Assembly: GCA_000146045.2 (NCBI GenBank)
Contig: BK006949.2
Span: forward strand, 128,001-192,000
Source of the DNA: TPA_inf: Saccharomyces
Taxonomy: Eukaryota
DNA length: 64,000 bases
Direction: 5' to 3'
In this document: piece after piece, positions 55,393-64,000 of the stretch
How positions within the stretch are numbered: the first letter of the stretch is position 1
Layout: each line of letters starts with the position of its first letter
Notes under the pieces: generated by a model
What the model saw: the letters and a program-made list of their open reading frames with translations, nothing else
Database searches by the model: none
What the model was told of the DNA's origin: nothing
Position numbers and translations under genes: made by a program

Positions 55393-55399
55393 TGAAACA
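55393..55399 (+). promoter_or_regulatory. Pheromone response element TGAAACA in the PRM3 / YPL191C intergenic region
   Basis: This is an exact 7-mer, a second copy about 160 bp from the first, in the promoter of a pheromone-induced gene. Confidence 0.4.
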
Positions 55400-55596
55400 A
55401 GTATAAATCAAATGGCCAATATAATGTCAAGCCTGTTTTATGTGGCAATGTTTAGACAGAAAATCACGCCTGTAGGGGTCCACATATCTCCAGAATAATT
55501 AGAGAGTCGGTGTCCTTATGAGATCTTCCTTAAAGCGAACAGATTGATTAATCATGTTTTACGCGAGGATATACGATAAAAACAAGTGAACAGCTC

Positions 55597-56679
55597 TTAC
55601 ATAACAACGCACTCACTTTTCTCTTTTTCAGAAGCTTTTGCATTGAGAAGGCTGCTTCTTCGCTTAAACTTGTCTTTTTTGACTGGTGCGTGTATTTCTG
55701 AGTTTTTTTTGTGAGAATGGATTTTCCTTTTTGCTTCAAATTTCGTAACACGTTCTTGTTCTTGTTCCTGTAACTGTTTGGCTAGTTCTTTATCGTTTTC
55801 AATTTGCTGAATTTCTTCAAGTAGCAAATTTCCAGTTCCAAAATCACGTTCAATGTCAGTTGACAATTGCTGTCCATTTACCTCTGCTGCACTAAAGTTA
55901 CCGGCAAAAAAAGCATCGCAGGAGCCGTCCACCGAATCTAGGGATTGCCATACAATATCTTTACAATTTTTATAACCAAAGTCCGTAACCAATGTGTATA
56001 ATCGATCTTCGTATTTGAACAATGTAGAAAAATGGTCATTTCTGAATAAAATGGAGAATTTGTTGTGTAGCAGCTTTTCTCTCAATCGTAGGAGTCCAAA
56101 GGCGGTCAACTGAGTCGGTGATTCGTTCAAAAACAGACCCAAATGCATGGCATCACGTAAAACTTCGTCCGAGTTTTCATCTTGGGAAATTCCACAATTT
56201 ATATCAGCTGCTTGTGTTAAGATTCTCTGCGCAGATTCATAAGAATAATGAGATAGTTTCTCATCAATGTTTTCATTTATGAAACTGTTGATAACCCAGC
56301 CATGGACAACATCAACGTTAAACAATCGAAATATTGACATCTCTTTAGTATTTTCAAAAGACCCATTAAACTCAGGGTTAATATTTAAACCTTCATGTAA
56401 TCTAGGTAACAAACTTAGTAACTCACTTATATCAGTACTAGGTTTATCTGTAACTTGTAAAGCGATATCTGCTAAGACTTCAATAAGTTCTTTTAAAGAT
56501 ATTTGACTTCCCTTATTTACCAACCTTATTAACTCATTGGAAAAACGTGTATGATCTGGTGAAAGTATTAGAATATTTGCAAGTGCTAACAAGGCACAAG
56601 GTCCGTTTTCGTTTTGCAGTAATATTCGATGGTTTTGACCATTAATTTTGACACTTTTAGTCGTGAAACTTAAATCCAT
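55597..56679 (-). CDS. MIY1: YPL191C, a MINDY-family K48-specific deubiquitinase (360 aa)
   Basis: The recalled start is MDLSFTTKSVKINGQNHRILLQNENGPCALLALANILIL, with the catalytic Cys in the NGPC motif. The ORF track begins 5 codons upstream. Confidence 0.8.
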   Translation of the reverse strand: MDLSFTTKSVKINGQNHRILLQNENGPCALLALANILILSPDHTRFSNELIRLVNKGSQISLKELIEVLADIALQVTDKPSTDISELLSLLPRLHEGLNINPEFNGSFENTKEMSIFRLFNVDVVHGWVINSFINENIDEKLSHYSYESAQRILTQAADINCGISQDENSDEVLRDAMHLGLFLNESPTQLTAFGLLRLREKLLHNKFSILFRNDHFSTLFKYEDRLYTLVTDFGYKNCKDIVWQSLDSVDGSCDAFFAGNFSAAEVNGQQLSTDIERDFGTGNLLLEEIQQIENDKELAKQLQEQEQERVTKFEAKRKIHSHKKNSEIHAPVKKDKFKRRSSLLNAKASEKEKSECVVM

Positions 56680-57316
56680 GAAAAGATATTGCAATAAACA
56701 AGAATTGCAGTGATGTGAATCTACTTTGAGCTGTTCTTTAAAGCGCCTTGTAGAATGGGCATTTTGTCCAACGTTTTCAAGACCCTTTTTTCGTACTGCT
56801 CGCTGTTAATACTGCGAAACTAAAATAAACGACAGGCAGATGACTAAAACAAATCAAACAAGAACCTCTAGGGAAAGGTGTCCTAAGCGCGGAACTTCTT
56901 TTCGTTATGGGGTAAATAGAGCGGTACTTAATAATCTGTTTACAAAGCAATTTTACAAAGTTTTGATATAAGAACATTTAACTAAAGAGAAGAAAAAGAA
57001 ATGAAAAGCCATTCTCTTGGCAGAGGAAACAAATGAAGAGGTGCGTGTAAGTGAAATAAATAGACCAAATAGCATTTGATAAGGAAGAAATAAAAGAAAT
57101 TTATAACAGGGTAAAGAGTTTTTCGTTCTGAAAGAGATGCAGCAATAGTAAGAATTAAGTCCTAGTCCAATTTGGGAAGGGAAAACGATTAAAGCATAAA
57201 CCGCTATGTCGAATTTATGCAAACCATATCAATCTACTTTCCTTAAAAATTTTTCGTCCAATTAAAAGAATTCAAGTATAATGTACAAGAAATGGAAAAG
57301 ATTGAAAAAAGGGAGT

Positions 57317-59725
57317 CTATTTTTGTAGTTTTGCTAAACTATCTAATAGACTTTGAACATTATTGCCAGCAGGTTGCTGTTGCTGTTGCTGTTGCTGTTG
57401 TTGTTGTTGTTGTTGTTGTTGAGGTGGCGGAGGTTGGTGTGACATTGGTGGGGCAGAGGGTTTTGCAGATATATTTTGACCATTGTAATTGGTACTCATA
57501 GGAGGGGGAGAGGATGAGTTCATAGAGGAATATCCACCCAACTGTTGTTGCTGTTGTTGAGGAGCCTGGCCTTGCATTGATTGTATTAAACCAACCAATT
57601 GCTGCTGAGCATGAGGTTGTTGTTGCTGTTGTTGGGCCATTGAAAGCAAATTCGATACAACGTTAGGTGGAAGGTTTTGAATGGCAGATAATAGTTGTTG
57701 CTGGTCCATTGGAGTTTGAGAAGGTGGTTGAGGAGGCGGACCAGCCTGATAACGACCATACCCTTGAGGAATTTGTTGTTGTGGAGGTGGTGGTGGAATA
57801 GAAGTCTGGTAGCGACCGTAGCTCTGATTCATTGGAATTGGAGGTTGAGAACCATATCCTTGGTCATGGGATGGTGGTGGCATCCCATAATTACCATATG
57901 GCTGTTGCTGTTGTTGTTGTGGAGGAGGCATACTGTAACCCTGGTAATAGTTTGTTTGAGGAGGAGGTCCGACAGCTGGGCCGTTTGGAACAGGAAGAGG
58001 AGGAGCGCCATATATGTTTTGCTGATGGCTCATAGCACGGTAATCAGTAGGACGAGAATTATTTCTGTTGTTTTTGATGTTATTAAAAATGGCAACTGCG
58101 TCATCAGCGGATATGCTAATATATTCATCAAATTTCGTTTCACCTTGTGAGCCTTTGTAGAAAGTTTGAACATCTACATTGTGTGTTTTATTAACTAAAA
58201 CAACGCCCCACACCCCATTATATGCGGCATCATTGATAAGCTTTCCCAGTTCCATTCTTGGTTTCAAGAAAATCATATCAGTTTCCAAACCAGTCCCGTC
58301 CCTAAACCTGTTGAAAACCTCAATGGCATACGTACGATCTGCGGTTCTTTTAACGAAAATGTTGCAAGAAACGGTGTGTCTTCTGGATTTCTTGTAGCCA
58401 GCACCATTGTCGTCATTGTACATGTCACCAGATTCAGTTTGAAATGGTCGTTTTGCGGAAGAAATAAAAGTAGAACTACTGTTTGTACCGTGATCACCAT
58501 GATCAAATTGAGGACGAGCATTCGAGCTAGAAACTTCCAGGATCAACTTTTTGCCAAAGTTCATTTCTTGAGACTCGCATTCAATTGCATCTCTAACGCT
58601 TTGAGGGTTGTCAAACTGAATGAATCCAAAGGCATTTTTGATATTGATTTGCATGATATGACCGTATGGAGAGAAAATCCTAAATAAATCCTCCTTAGAA
58701 ACGTTCTTTAGCGGCAAATTACCAATGAATAATCTTGACTTCGGAGGAATATTGTGCATCTCGGTGATTTTATTTTCACCGTGCAAATAGGCTGCATAAC
58801 GGTCGTGTTCTTCTTCGGTAATCGGCTTAGATAAATCCGCCCTAGGAAATCTCATACGTCTTTGGGCATCTGACAATGGAGGTTTTCTTTGATCATTGCT
58901 TCTTGCGCCGCTTGTGGCTGAGGCGCTAGCTGTTGTTGAGATAGTACTATCATGAGGAGGTACGGAAAGAGCTGTGTCAGAATTTGAATTTAACATTGCT
59001 AAAATCGCAGACATCTTTTCTTCTTGAGGTAAATGTTGAAACTGAGGCAAATTTAGCATGTTACTGTCCATAATGTACTTGACTTGCTTTTGTAAAAGAT
59101 CGTAATTAACATTTTCCATATTAGTTGGAAAGTGAGTATTATCATTTTCTTCACGAGTTATTTTTTTTATAGCTTCATCTACGTCCTTTTGTTCTTTTTC
59201 CAATGTTTCACGGCGAAGTTCGACCTCTTTATCTTTGGTTTTATCCTTTTTGTCTTCCTCATCCTCACCGTCTTCAGCGGCACTATCTGAGCCTACCGAA
59301 CTGTTGTCGTTGCCTTCTTCTTCTTCTTCTTCTTCTTCTTCTTCATCATCATCGTCGTCATCATCATCATCGTCATCATCCTCTTCTTCCTCTTCTTCCT
59401 CTTCATTATCATCATCGTCATCATCATTTCCGCCTTTTTGTTGATGTTCTTCTTCTTCTTCTTCTTCTGTGTTTATTACTTCCCCGTTTTCCTCTCCTTT
59501 TTCCTCCTTATCTTCCTCCTCTTCATCGTTCACATCTTCCAGTTCGTGTTGTTCTTCATTTTCCTCCTCCCTTTCGGCTTCTCTTTCTTCCTCTGGGGCG
59601 TCAAATTCGATTCCATCGTCTGCGCTTGAGTTATTCATCAATTCATTCTCGTTAGAGTTACTATCGACGGATAGTTCAGGTGAAGGAATATCTTGAACAT
59701 CACTGTTATGGTTTTCATCTGACAT
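57317..59725 (-). CDS. NAB3: Nab3, an RNA-binding subunit of the Nrd1-Nab3-Sen1 termination complex (802 aa)
   Basis: An 802-aa ORF with an N-terminal acidic D/E tract, a central RRM (RLFIGNLPLKNVSKEDLFRIFSPYGHIMQINIKNAFGFIQF) and a C-terminal P/Q-rich region with poly-Q. Confidence 0.9.
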   Translation of the reverse strand: MSDENHNSDVQDIPSPELSVDSNSNENELMNNSSADDGIEFDAPEEEREAEREEENEEQHELEDVNDEEEEDKEEKGEENGEVINTEEEEEEEHQQKGGNDDDDDDNEEEEEEEEDDDDDDDDDDDDEEEEEEEEEEGNDNSSVGSDSAAEDGEDEEDKKDKTKDKEVELRRETLEKEQKDVDEAIKKITREENDNTHFPTNMENVNYDLLQKQVKYIMDSNMLNLPQFQHLPQEEKMSAILAMLNSNSDTALSVPPHDSTISTTASASATSGARSNDQRKPPLSDAQRRMRFPRADLSKPITEEEHDRYAAYLHGENKITEMHNIPPKSRLFIGNLPLKNVSKEDLFRIFSPYGHIMQINIKNAFGFIQFDNPQSVRDAIECESQEMNFGKKLILEVSSSNARPQFDHGDHGTNSSSTFISSAKRPFQTESGDMYNDDNGAGYKKSRRHTVSCNIFVKRTADRTYAIEVFNRFRDGTGLETDMIFLKPRMELGKLINDAAYNGVWGVVLVNKTHNVDVQTFYKGSQGETKFDEYISISADDAVAIFNNIKNNRNNSRPTDYRAMSHQQNIYGAPPLPVPNGPAVGPPPQTNYYQGYSMPPPQQQQQQPYGNYGMPPPSHDQGYGSQPPIPMNQSYGRYQTSIPPPPPQQQIPQGYGRYQAGPPPQPPSQTPMDQQQLLSAIQNLPPNVVSNLLSMAQQQQQQPHAQQQLVGLIQSMQGQAPQQQQQQLGGYSSMNSSSPPPMSTNYNGQNISAKPSAPPMSHQPPPPQQQQQQQQQQQQQQQQPAGNNVQSLLDSLAKLQK
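57364..57421. repeat. (CAG/CAA)n tract encoding the Nab3 C-terminal poly-Q (about 16 to 19 Q)
   Basis: The plus strand reads ctgttgctgttgctgttgctg(ttg)n. Confidence 0.9.
59324..59437. repeat. (GAA/GAT/GAG)n trinucleotide tract (on the NAB3 sense strand) encoding a poly-D/E acidic run
   Basis: The plus strand reads (ttc)8(atc)n... over about 115 nt, encoding DDDDDDNEEEEEEEEDDDDDDDDDDDDEEEEEEEEEE in Nab3. Confidence 0.9.
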
Positions 59726-60306
59726 GGCTTGCAGATGGTTATTATATTATGAAAGGACAGTCCGGGAAAAACGTAAGTCAATTATTATATTTTGACCAAA
59801 GAAAATCGCTTGTTGCTGTGCAGAATCTAATAAAGATGCTCAAGATAGCTTTTATTAGACCTTCATTTAGAAGTGGCAAAATCAAATGAATTGTTTTTTG
59901 TCCTTTGCTTCTTCCGCTTCATTTTCTCTTCAACAATTCAGGGTTACACTCAATCACGTGGGATACCATAATTTATCGTTCTACAAAAAAATGCAAGCAC
60001 GAACTAGGGCGGTAGTTAGGAAGCGAATAAGAATAGCGCTTTTTCGTTTCAATTTGGAATATTAAAGAGTGATATTATTAATGGTTTTCTTTTTTGGAAT
60101 GTGATCTATATACATATTTAAATAGTCTCTTTTGTATTTGTGGTGTCATAATGAAACTGCATCACACCAGATGCTTACCCATACAGAAAGTCGATTGATT
60201 ATGAAACTTGAAGTAGCGAAGATTACGGCACTCGAAAATAAATAAAAAGAGGAAATAAAAGAGATAGAATACAACTTATCAAAAGTTCCAGATAGCCCGT
60301 ACCTGT

Positions 60307-60513
60307 TTAAATCTTTTTACTTAAAGCATCCTTCCTCTTTAACTCCTGCTCATGAGCAAGCTGAAGCTTGTGTTGCTGTACAGCTGGTGAATCAGAATCC
60401 ACTGAATGTGCTGGACATGGCAGCACAGAACCGATGGCCACTGATGCGAATGCAATGAGAAATGTAGAAAAGTATAGGTTATTGACTATTTTGTTTCTAG
60501 TGACTGCTCTCAT
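60307..60513 (-). CDS. COA2: Coa2, a cytochrome oxidase assembly factor (68 aa smORF)
   Basis: The 68-aa ORF MRAVTRNKIVNNLYFSTFLIAFASVAIGS... has one hydrophobic segment. Its position between NAB3 and GUP2 matches YPL189C-A. Confidence 0.65.
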   Translation of the reverse strand: MRAVTRNKIVNNLYFSTFLIAFASVAIGSVLPCPAHSVDSDSPAVQQHKLQLAHEQELKRKDALSKKI

Positions 60514-61153
60514 GATATGTGTCTGAATTAAACTAATTGGCCTTCCGTGCCTGTAAATTCAATAAATAAATAGGATGTTAAATTTTCCTAATGTGTCTCG
60601 AGGTGCTTATGTTATCGTGCAAGCGCTGAGTTCGAAACGCTGTTTTGATGAATATCCTATATATATCAAAAGTACAAACACGGGGAAAGAGAGCCATCCC
60701 ATCAAAAAAAATAAAAAAAGAAAACCCTTGCAGAAGGAGAACTGGTGTAGAGGTTTCCGGTCTTAATGGACTTAAGCACGTGACTTTTAAAACCCATGCA
60801 TCGGTTACTATGGTTACCATTACTTACGATTTTTTTTTTTTCGTTATGAACCCTGTGCCCGAGGGGTTTTCAGGCACATAGATCAAAGTTCTACTCGTTT
60901 ACCTGTAATCTTGGCGCGTTTAGGTCTCTTTTTTTTTCTTTTTTTTTTCTTCTTTTTTCATTTGTACTGCGTTATAGTTGTTTATGGAAGGTACCAATGG
61001 TGAATATGGAAAAAATGAAGTCAAATAGAAGAAGAAAGAGAAGCTAGCTTTGAGGTAGGTACTGTTTTGAGGGTTTTTGGGTGCTTCAAATTTGTCTTCT
61101 CAACTACCTTATTATAGGGCTCAAAAATAATTGACGTCATCGCTACAAGTCAG

Positions 61154-62983
61154 ATGTCGATGTTAAGAATCTGGAGTTGCATCGTACATTTCTTTTCCGT
61201 GCAGGCACTTGATTCACGAATAAAGCCAGACATTGAATTCAAAAGGCGACAAAGGATATTTATCAATTCATCTAAAGAAGAGAATGGTTCATCTTCTAGT
61301 GCCGTTACTGTTACCCGTAACCCTGTGCTCAGCTCTAATAGCCCATCTCCTCCGCTATGGAATACATGGGAATTTAGACTATATTATTTGGCGTTCACCG
61401 TAGTAGTTCCTTTCATGATAAAGGCGGCATTGGCTACGAGCTCCGAGTCTAATCCAAACTACTATAAATTCAGCGGACTGCTAGCCCATGGTTGGATTCT
61501 GGGCCGCAAAGTGGATAACAGCGATCCTCAGTATAGGTTTTTTAGATCCAATTTTTTTTTGTTGGCCATCTTAATATTACTACAAATTATATTAAAAAAG
61601 GTTTTTGTTAAATTTAGTAAAATTCCGAAAACAAAATTCGATTTTGCGTGTGGATTAGTTTTTGTCTGTTTCATGTACGGGATCAATTCTGTTAAGCTCT
61701 TTACGCATGCTTTTATTTTCTTCACTTTGGCACATTCGCTAAAGAGAAAGCGTTTGATAGCCGCTTTTGCGATTTGGTCCTATGGTATCTTTACACTATT
61801 CATCAATCAAAAAATGAAAAATCTCCCCTTTAATAATATTGCTATCATCCTAAGTCCCATGGATCAATGGTATAAGGGTATCGTTCCTCGATGGGATTTT
61901 TTTTTCAATTTTACATTATTGCGTTTGTTAAGTTACTCCATGGATTTTTTGGAAAGATGGCATGAACAATTGAGCCGCCAACCTTCGATAGATTACGATG
62001 ATAGACGACCTGAATTCAGAAAAAGTTTATCTGGTTCTACTCTACAAACCATTTATGAGTCAGGTAAGAATGTTCTGGAGGAAAAGGAACGACTGGTAGC
62101 AGAACATCACATCCAGGATTACAACTTTATCAATTTTATCGCTTATATTACTTACGCGCCATTGTTTTTAGTGGGCCCAATTATCACTTTTAATGACTAC
62201 CTTTATCAATCAGAAAATAAGCTTCCTTCGCTAACGAAAAAAAACATAGGCTTCTATGCCCTCAAAGTATTTTCGAGTTTGCTTTTGATGGAAATTATCC
62301 TACATTATATCTATGTGGGTGCAATAGCAAGGACCAAGGCATGGAACAATGATACACCCTTGCAACAGGCTATGATCGCGCTGTTCAACTTGAACATTAT
62401 GTATTTAAAACTTTTGATCCCATGGAGGCTCTTTCGGCTGTGGGCCATGGTCGATGGTATTGATGCACCTGAAAATATGCTACGATGTGTGGATAATAAT
62501 TATAGTACAGTGGGATTCTGGAGAGCCTGGCATACAAGTTTTAACAAGTGGGTAATCCGTTACATCTATGTTCCATTTGGCGGGTCCAATAACAAAATAT
62601 TAACGAGCTTTGCCGTATTCTCATTTGTAGCAATATGGCATGACATCCAATTACGAGTGTTGTTTTGGGGGTGGTTAACAGTCCTTTTATTATTAGGCGA
62701 AACCTACATTACTAACTGTTTTAGTAGATATAGATTCAGAAGCTGGTACAGGTTTGTTTGCGGTATCGGTGCTGCAATAAATATTTGCATGATGATGATT
62801 ATTAATGTCTATGGATTTTGCTTGGGTGCAGAGGGAACGAAGCTTCTATTGAAGGGCATATTTAACAATTCACATAGTCCGGAGTTTTTGACTGCGGTAA
62901 TGGTAAGCCTATTTATTGCTGTTCAGGTAATGTTTGAGATTAGAGAAGAAGAAAAAAGACATGGCATCAACTTGAAATGTTGA
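61154..62983 (+). CDS. GUP2: Gup2, an MBOAT-family membrane O-acyltransferase (609 aa)
   Basis: A 609-aa polytopic membrane protein carrying the MBOAT His motif (…FVAIWHDIQL…). Confidence 0.85.
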   Translation: MSMLRIWSCIVHFFSVQALDSRIKPDIEFKRRQRIFINSSKEENGSSSSAVTVTRNPVLSSNSPSPPLWNTWEFRLYYLAFTVVVPFMIKAALATSSESNPNYYKFSGLLAHGWILGRKVDNSDPQYRFFRSNFFLLAILILLQIILKKVFVKFSKIPKTKFDFACGLVFVCFMYGINSVKLFTHAFIFFTLAHSLKRKRLIAAFAIWSYGIFTLFINQKMKNLPFNNIAIILSPMDQWYKGIVPRWDFFFNFTLLRLLSYSMDFLERWHEQLSRQPSIDYDDRRPEFRKSLSGSTLQTIYESGKNVLEEKERLVAEHHIQDYNFINFIAYITYAPLFLVGPIITFNDYLYQSENKLPSLTKKNIGFYALKVFSSLLLMEIILHYIYVGAIARTKAWNNDTPLQQAMIALFNLNIMYLKLLIPWRLFRLWAMVDGIDAPENMLRCVDNNYSTVGFWRAWHTSFNKWVIRYIYVPFGGSNNKILTSFAVFSFVAIWHDIQLRVLFWGWLTVLLLLGETYITNCFSRYRFRSWYRFVCGIGAAINICMMMIINVYGFCLGAEGTKLLLKGIFNNSHSPEFLTAVMVSLFIAVQVMFEIREEEKRHGINLKC

Positions 62984-63405
62984 TCTAGTTATTAGATAAG
63001 CTATGAAAGTCAATCCTTTTAATCGAGAATGTAAATATGTGGAATACACAATTTTAACCAAAGTACTATATATGCGTTACAAGTAATTTAAATTTAAGTT
63101 CACCGAAGTAAAACTAACTGCAAGATTGTTACAAAGAACAATGCACTATTTAAATCACACAATGGCTATTGAAAACTGTAACTGTCAGAAATGCTGCATG
63201 TATCTATATGCATCACTAAGTTGCGACTTTTAAGAAACTTCCACAGTTCTCAACTCTTCTTTGTGCTTTTCACACATTTTCACAATTTTCCGAAATCTCC
63301 AAATTGAAAAAAAAATAAAAATAAAAAAAGGCAGGAGAAGACTAAGTATTCATTATTCGCTGTTTCATAAATAAAAGGATAAAAAGGTTAAGGATACTGA
63401 TTAAA

Positions 63406-64000
63406 ATGTTTGTCAGGGTTAAATTGAATAAACCAGTAAAATGGTATAGGTTCTATAGTACGTTGGATTCACATTCCCTAAAGTTACAGAGCGGCTCGAA
63501 GTTTGTAAAAATAAAGCCAGTAAATAACTTGAGGAGTAGTTCATCAGCAGATTTCGTGTCCCCACCAAATTCCAAATTACAATCTTTAATCTGGCAGAAC
63601 CCTTTACAAAATGTTTATATAACTAAAAAACCATGGACTCCATCCACAAGAGAAGCGATGGTTGAATTCATAACTCATTTACATGAGTCATACCCCGAGG
63701 TGAACGTCATTGTTCAACCCGATGTGGCAGAAGAAATTTCCCAGGATTTCAAATCTCCTTTGGAGAATGATCCCAACCGACCTCATATACTTTATACTGG
63801 TCCTGAACAAGATATCGTAAACAGAACAGACTTATTGGTGACATTGGGAGGTGATGGGACTATTTTACACGGCGTATCAATGTTCGGAAATACGCAAGTT
63901 CCTCCGGTTTTAGCATTTGCTCTGGGCACTCTGGGCTTTCTATCACCGTTTGATTTTAAGGAGCATAAAAAGGTCTTTCAGGAAGTAATCAGCTCTAGAG
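63406..64000 (+). CDS. POS5: Pos5, a mitochondrial NADH kinase (5' part; the CDS continues past the window end)
   Basis: An ATG at 63406 opens MFVRVKLNKPVKWYRFYSTLDSHSLKLQSG...GDGTILHG, which includes the NAD kinase GGDG motif. The ORF is still open at 64000. Confidence 0.8.
   Translation, partial: MFVRVKLNKPVKWYRFYSTLDSHSLKLQSGSKFVKIKPVNNLRSSSSADFVSPPNSKLQSLIWQNPLQNVYITKKPWTPSTREAMVEFITHLHESYPEVNVIVQPDVAEEISQDFKSPLENDPNRPHILYTGPEQDIVNRTDLLVTLGGDGTILHGVSMFGNTQVPPVLAFALGTLGFLSPFDFKEHKKVFQEVISSR

Noticed and set aside
59203-59696. Multiple overlapping plus-strand ORFs (63–150 aa; L/S/H/R-rich) antisense to the NAB3 5' region
   Set aside because: They are created by the trinucleotide acidic tract of NAB3. 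Their homopolymeric translations are not plausible proteins.

Overview
This window reads as a gene-dense stretch of the Saccharomyces cerevisiae chromosome XVI left arm, from the 5' end of MMT2 (YPL224C) to the 5' end of POS5 (YPL188W). Every long ORF in the six-frame track matches, from memory, a known yeast protein in the expected order and orientation (GRE1, FMP40, FLC1, RPL1A, PCL8, SAR1, BMS1 and so on through GUP2). Their spacing is consistent with an S288C-like reference segment with no large indels. I see about 38 protein-coding genes. Two contain spliceosomal introns: SAR1 has one, and RPL7B has two, with the box C/D snoRNA snR59 inside intron 2. I see no tRNA gene, Ty element or LTR, no CRISPR-like array, and nothing that looks like a prokaryotic system. 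The sequence gives no support for a novel biological system here; this is a well-characterised eukaryotic locus. The points worth a second look are small and regulatory. There are PAC+RRPE ribosome-biogenesis motif pairs in two divergent promoters (BMS1/YPL216W and PUS1/NIP7). A perfect URS1 (TAGCCGCCGA) sits in the CSM4 promoter, inside a spurious 73-codon in-frame upstream extension of YIG1 that crosses a poly(A) tract. The PRM3 promoter has pheromone response elements, and the IPL1-RKM1 promoter has an MCB hexamer. There are coding tandem repeats in TYW1 (a Cys/Gly/Lys 33-nt unit) and YPL216W (a 9-nt unit x4), and long acidic and poly-Q trinucleotide tracts in NAB3. The smORF COA2 and the 11-nt first exon of RPL7B would be missed by naive ORF calling. 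All identifications are from recall of yeast protein sequences and motif consensus, not from database searches.
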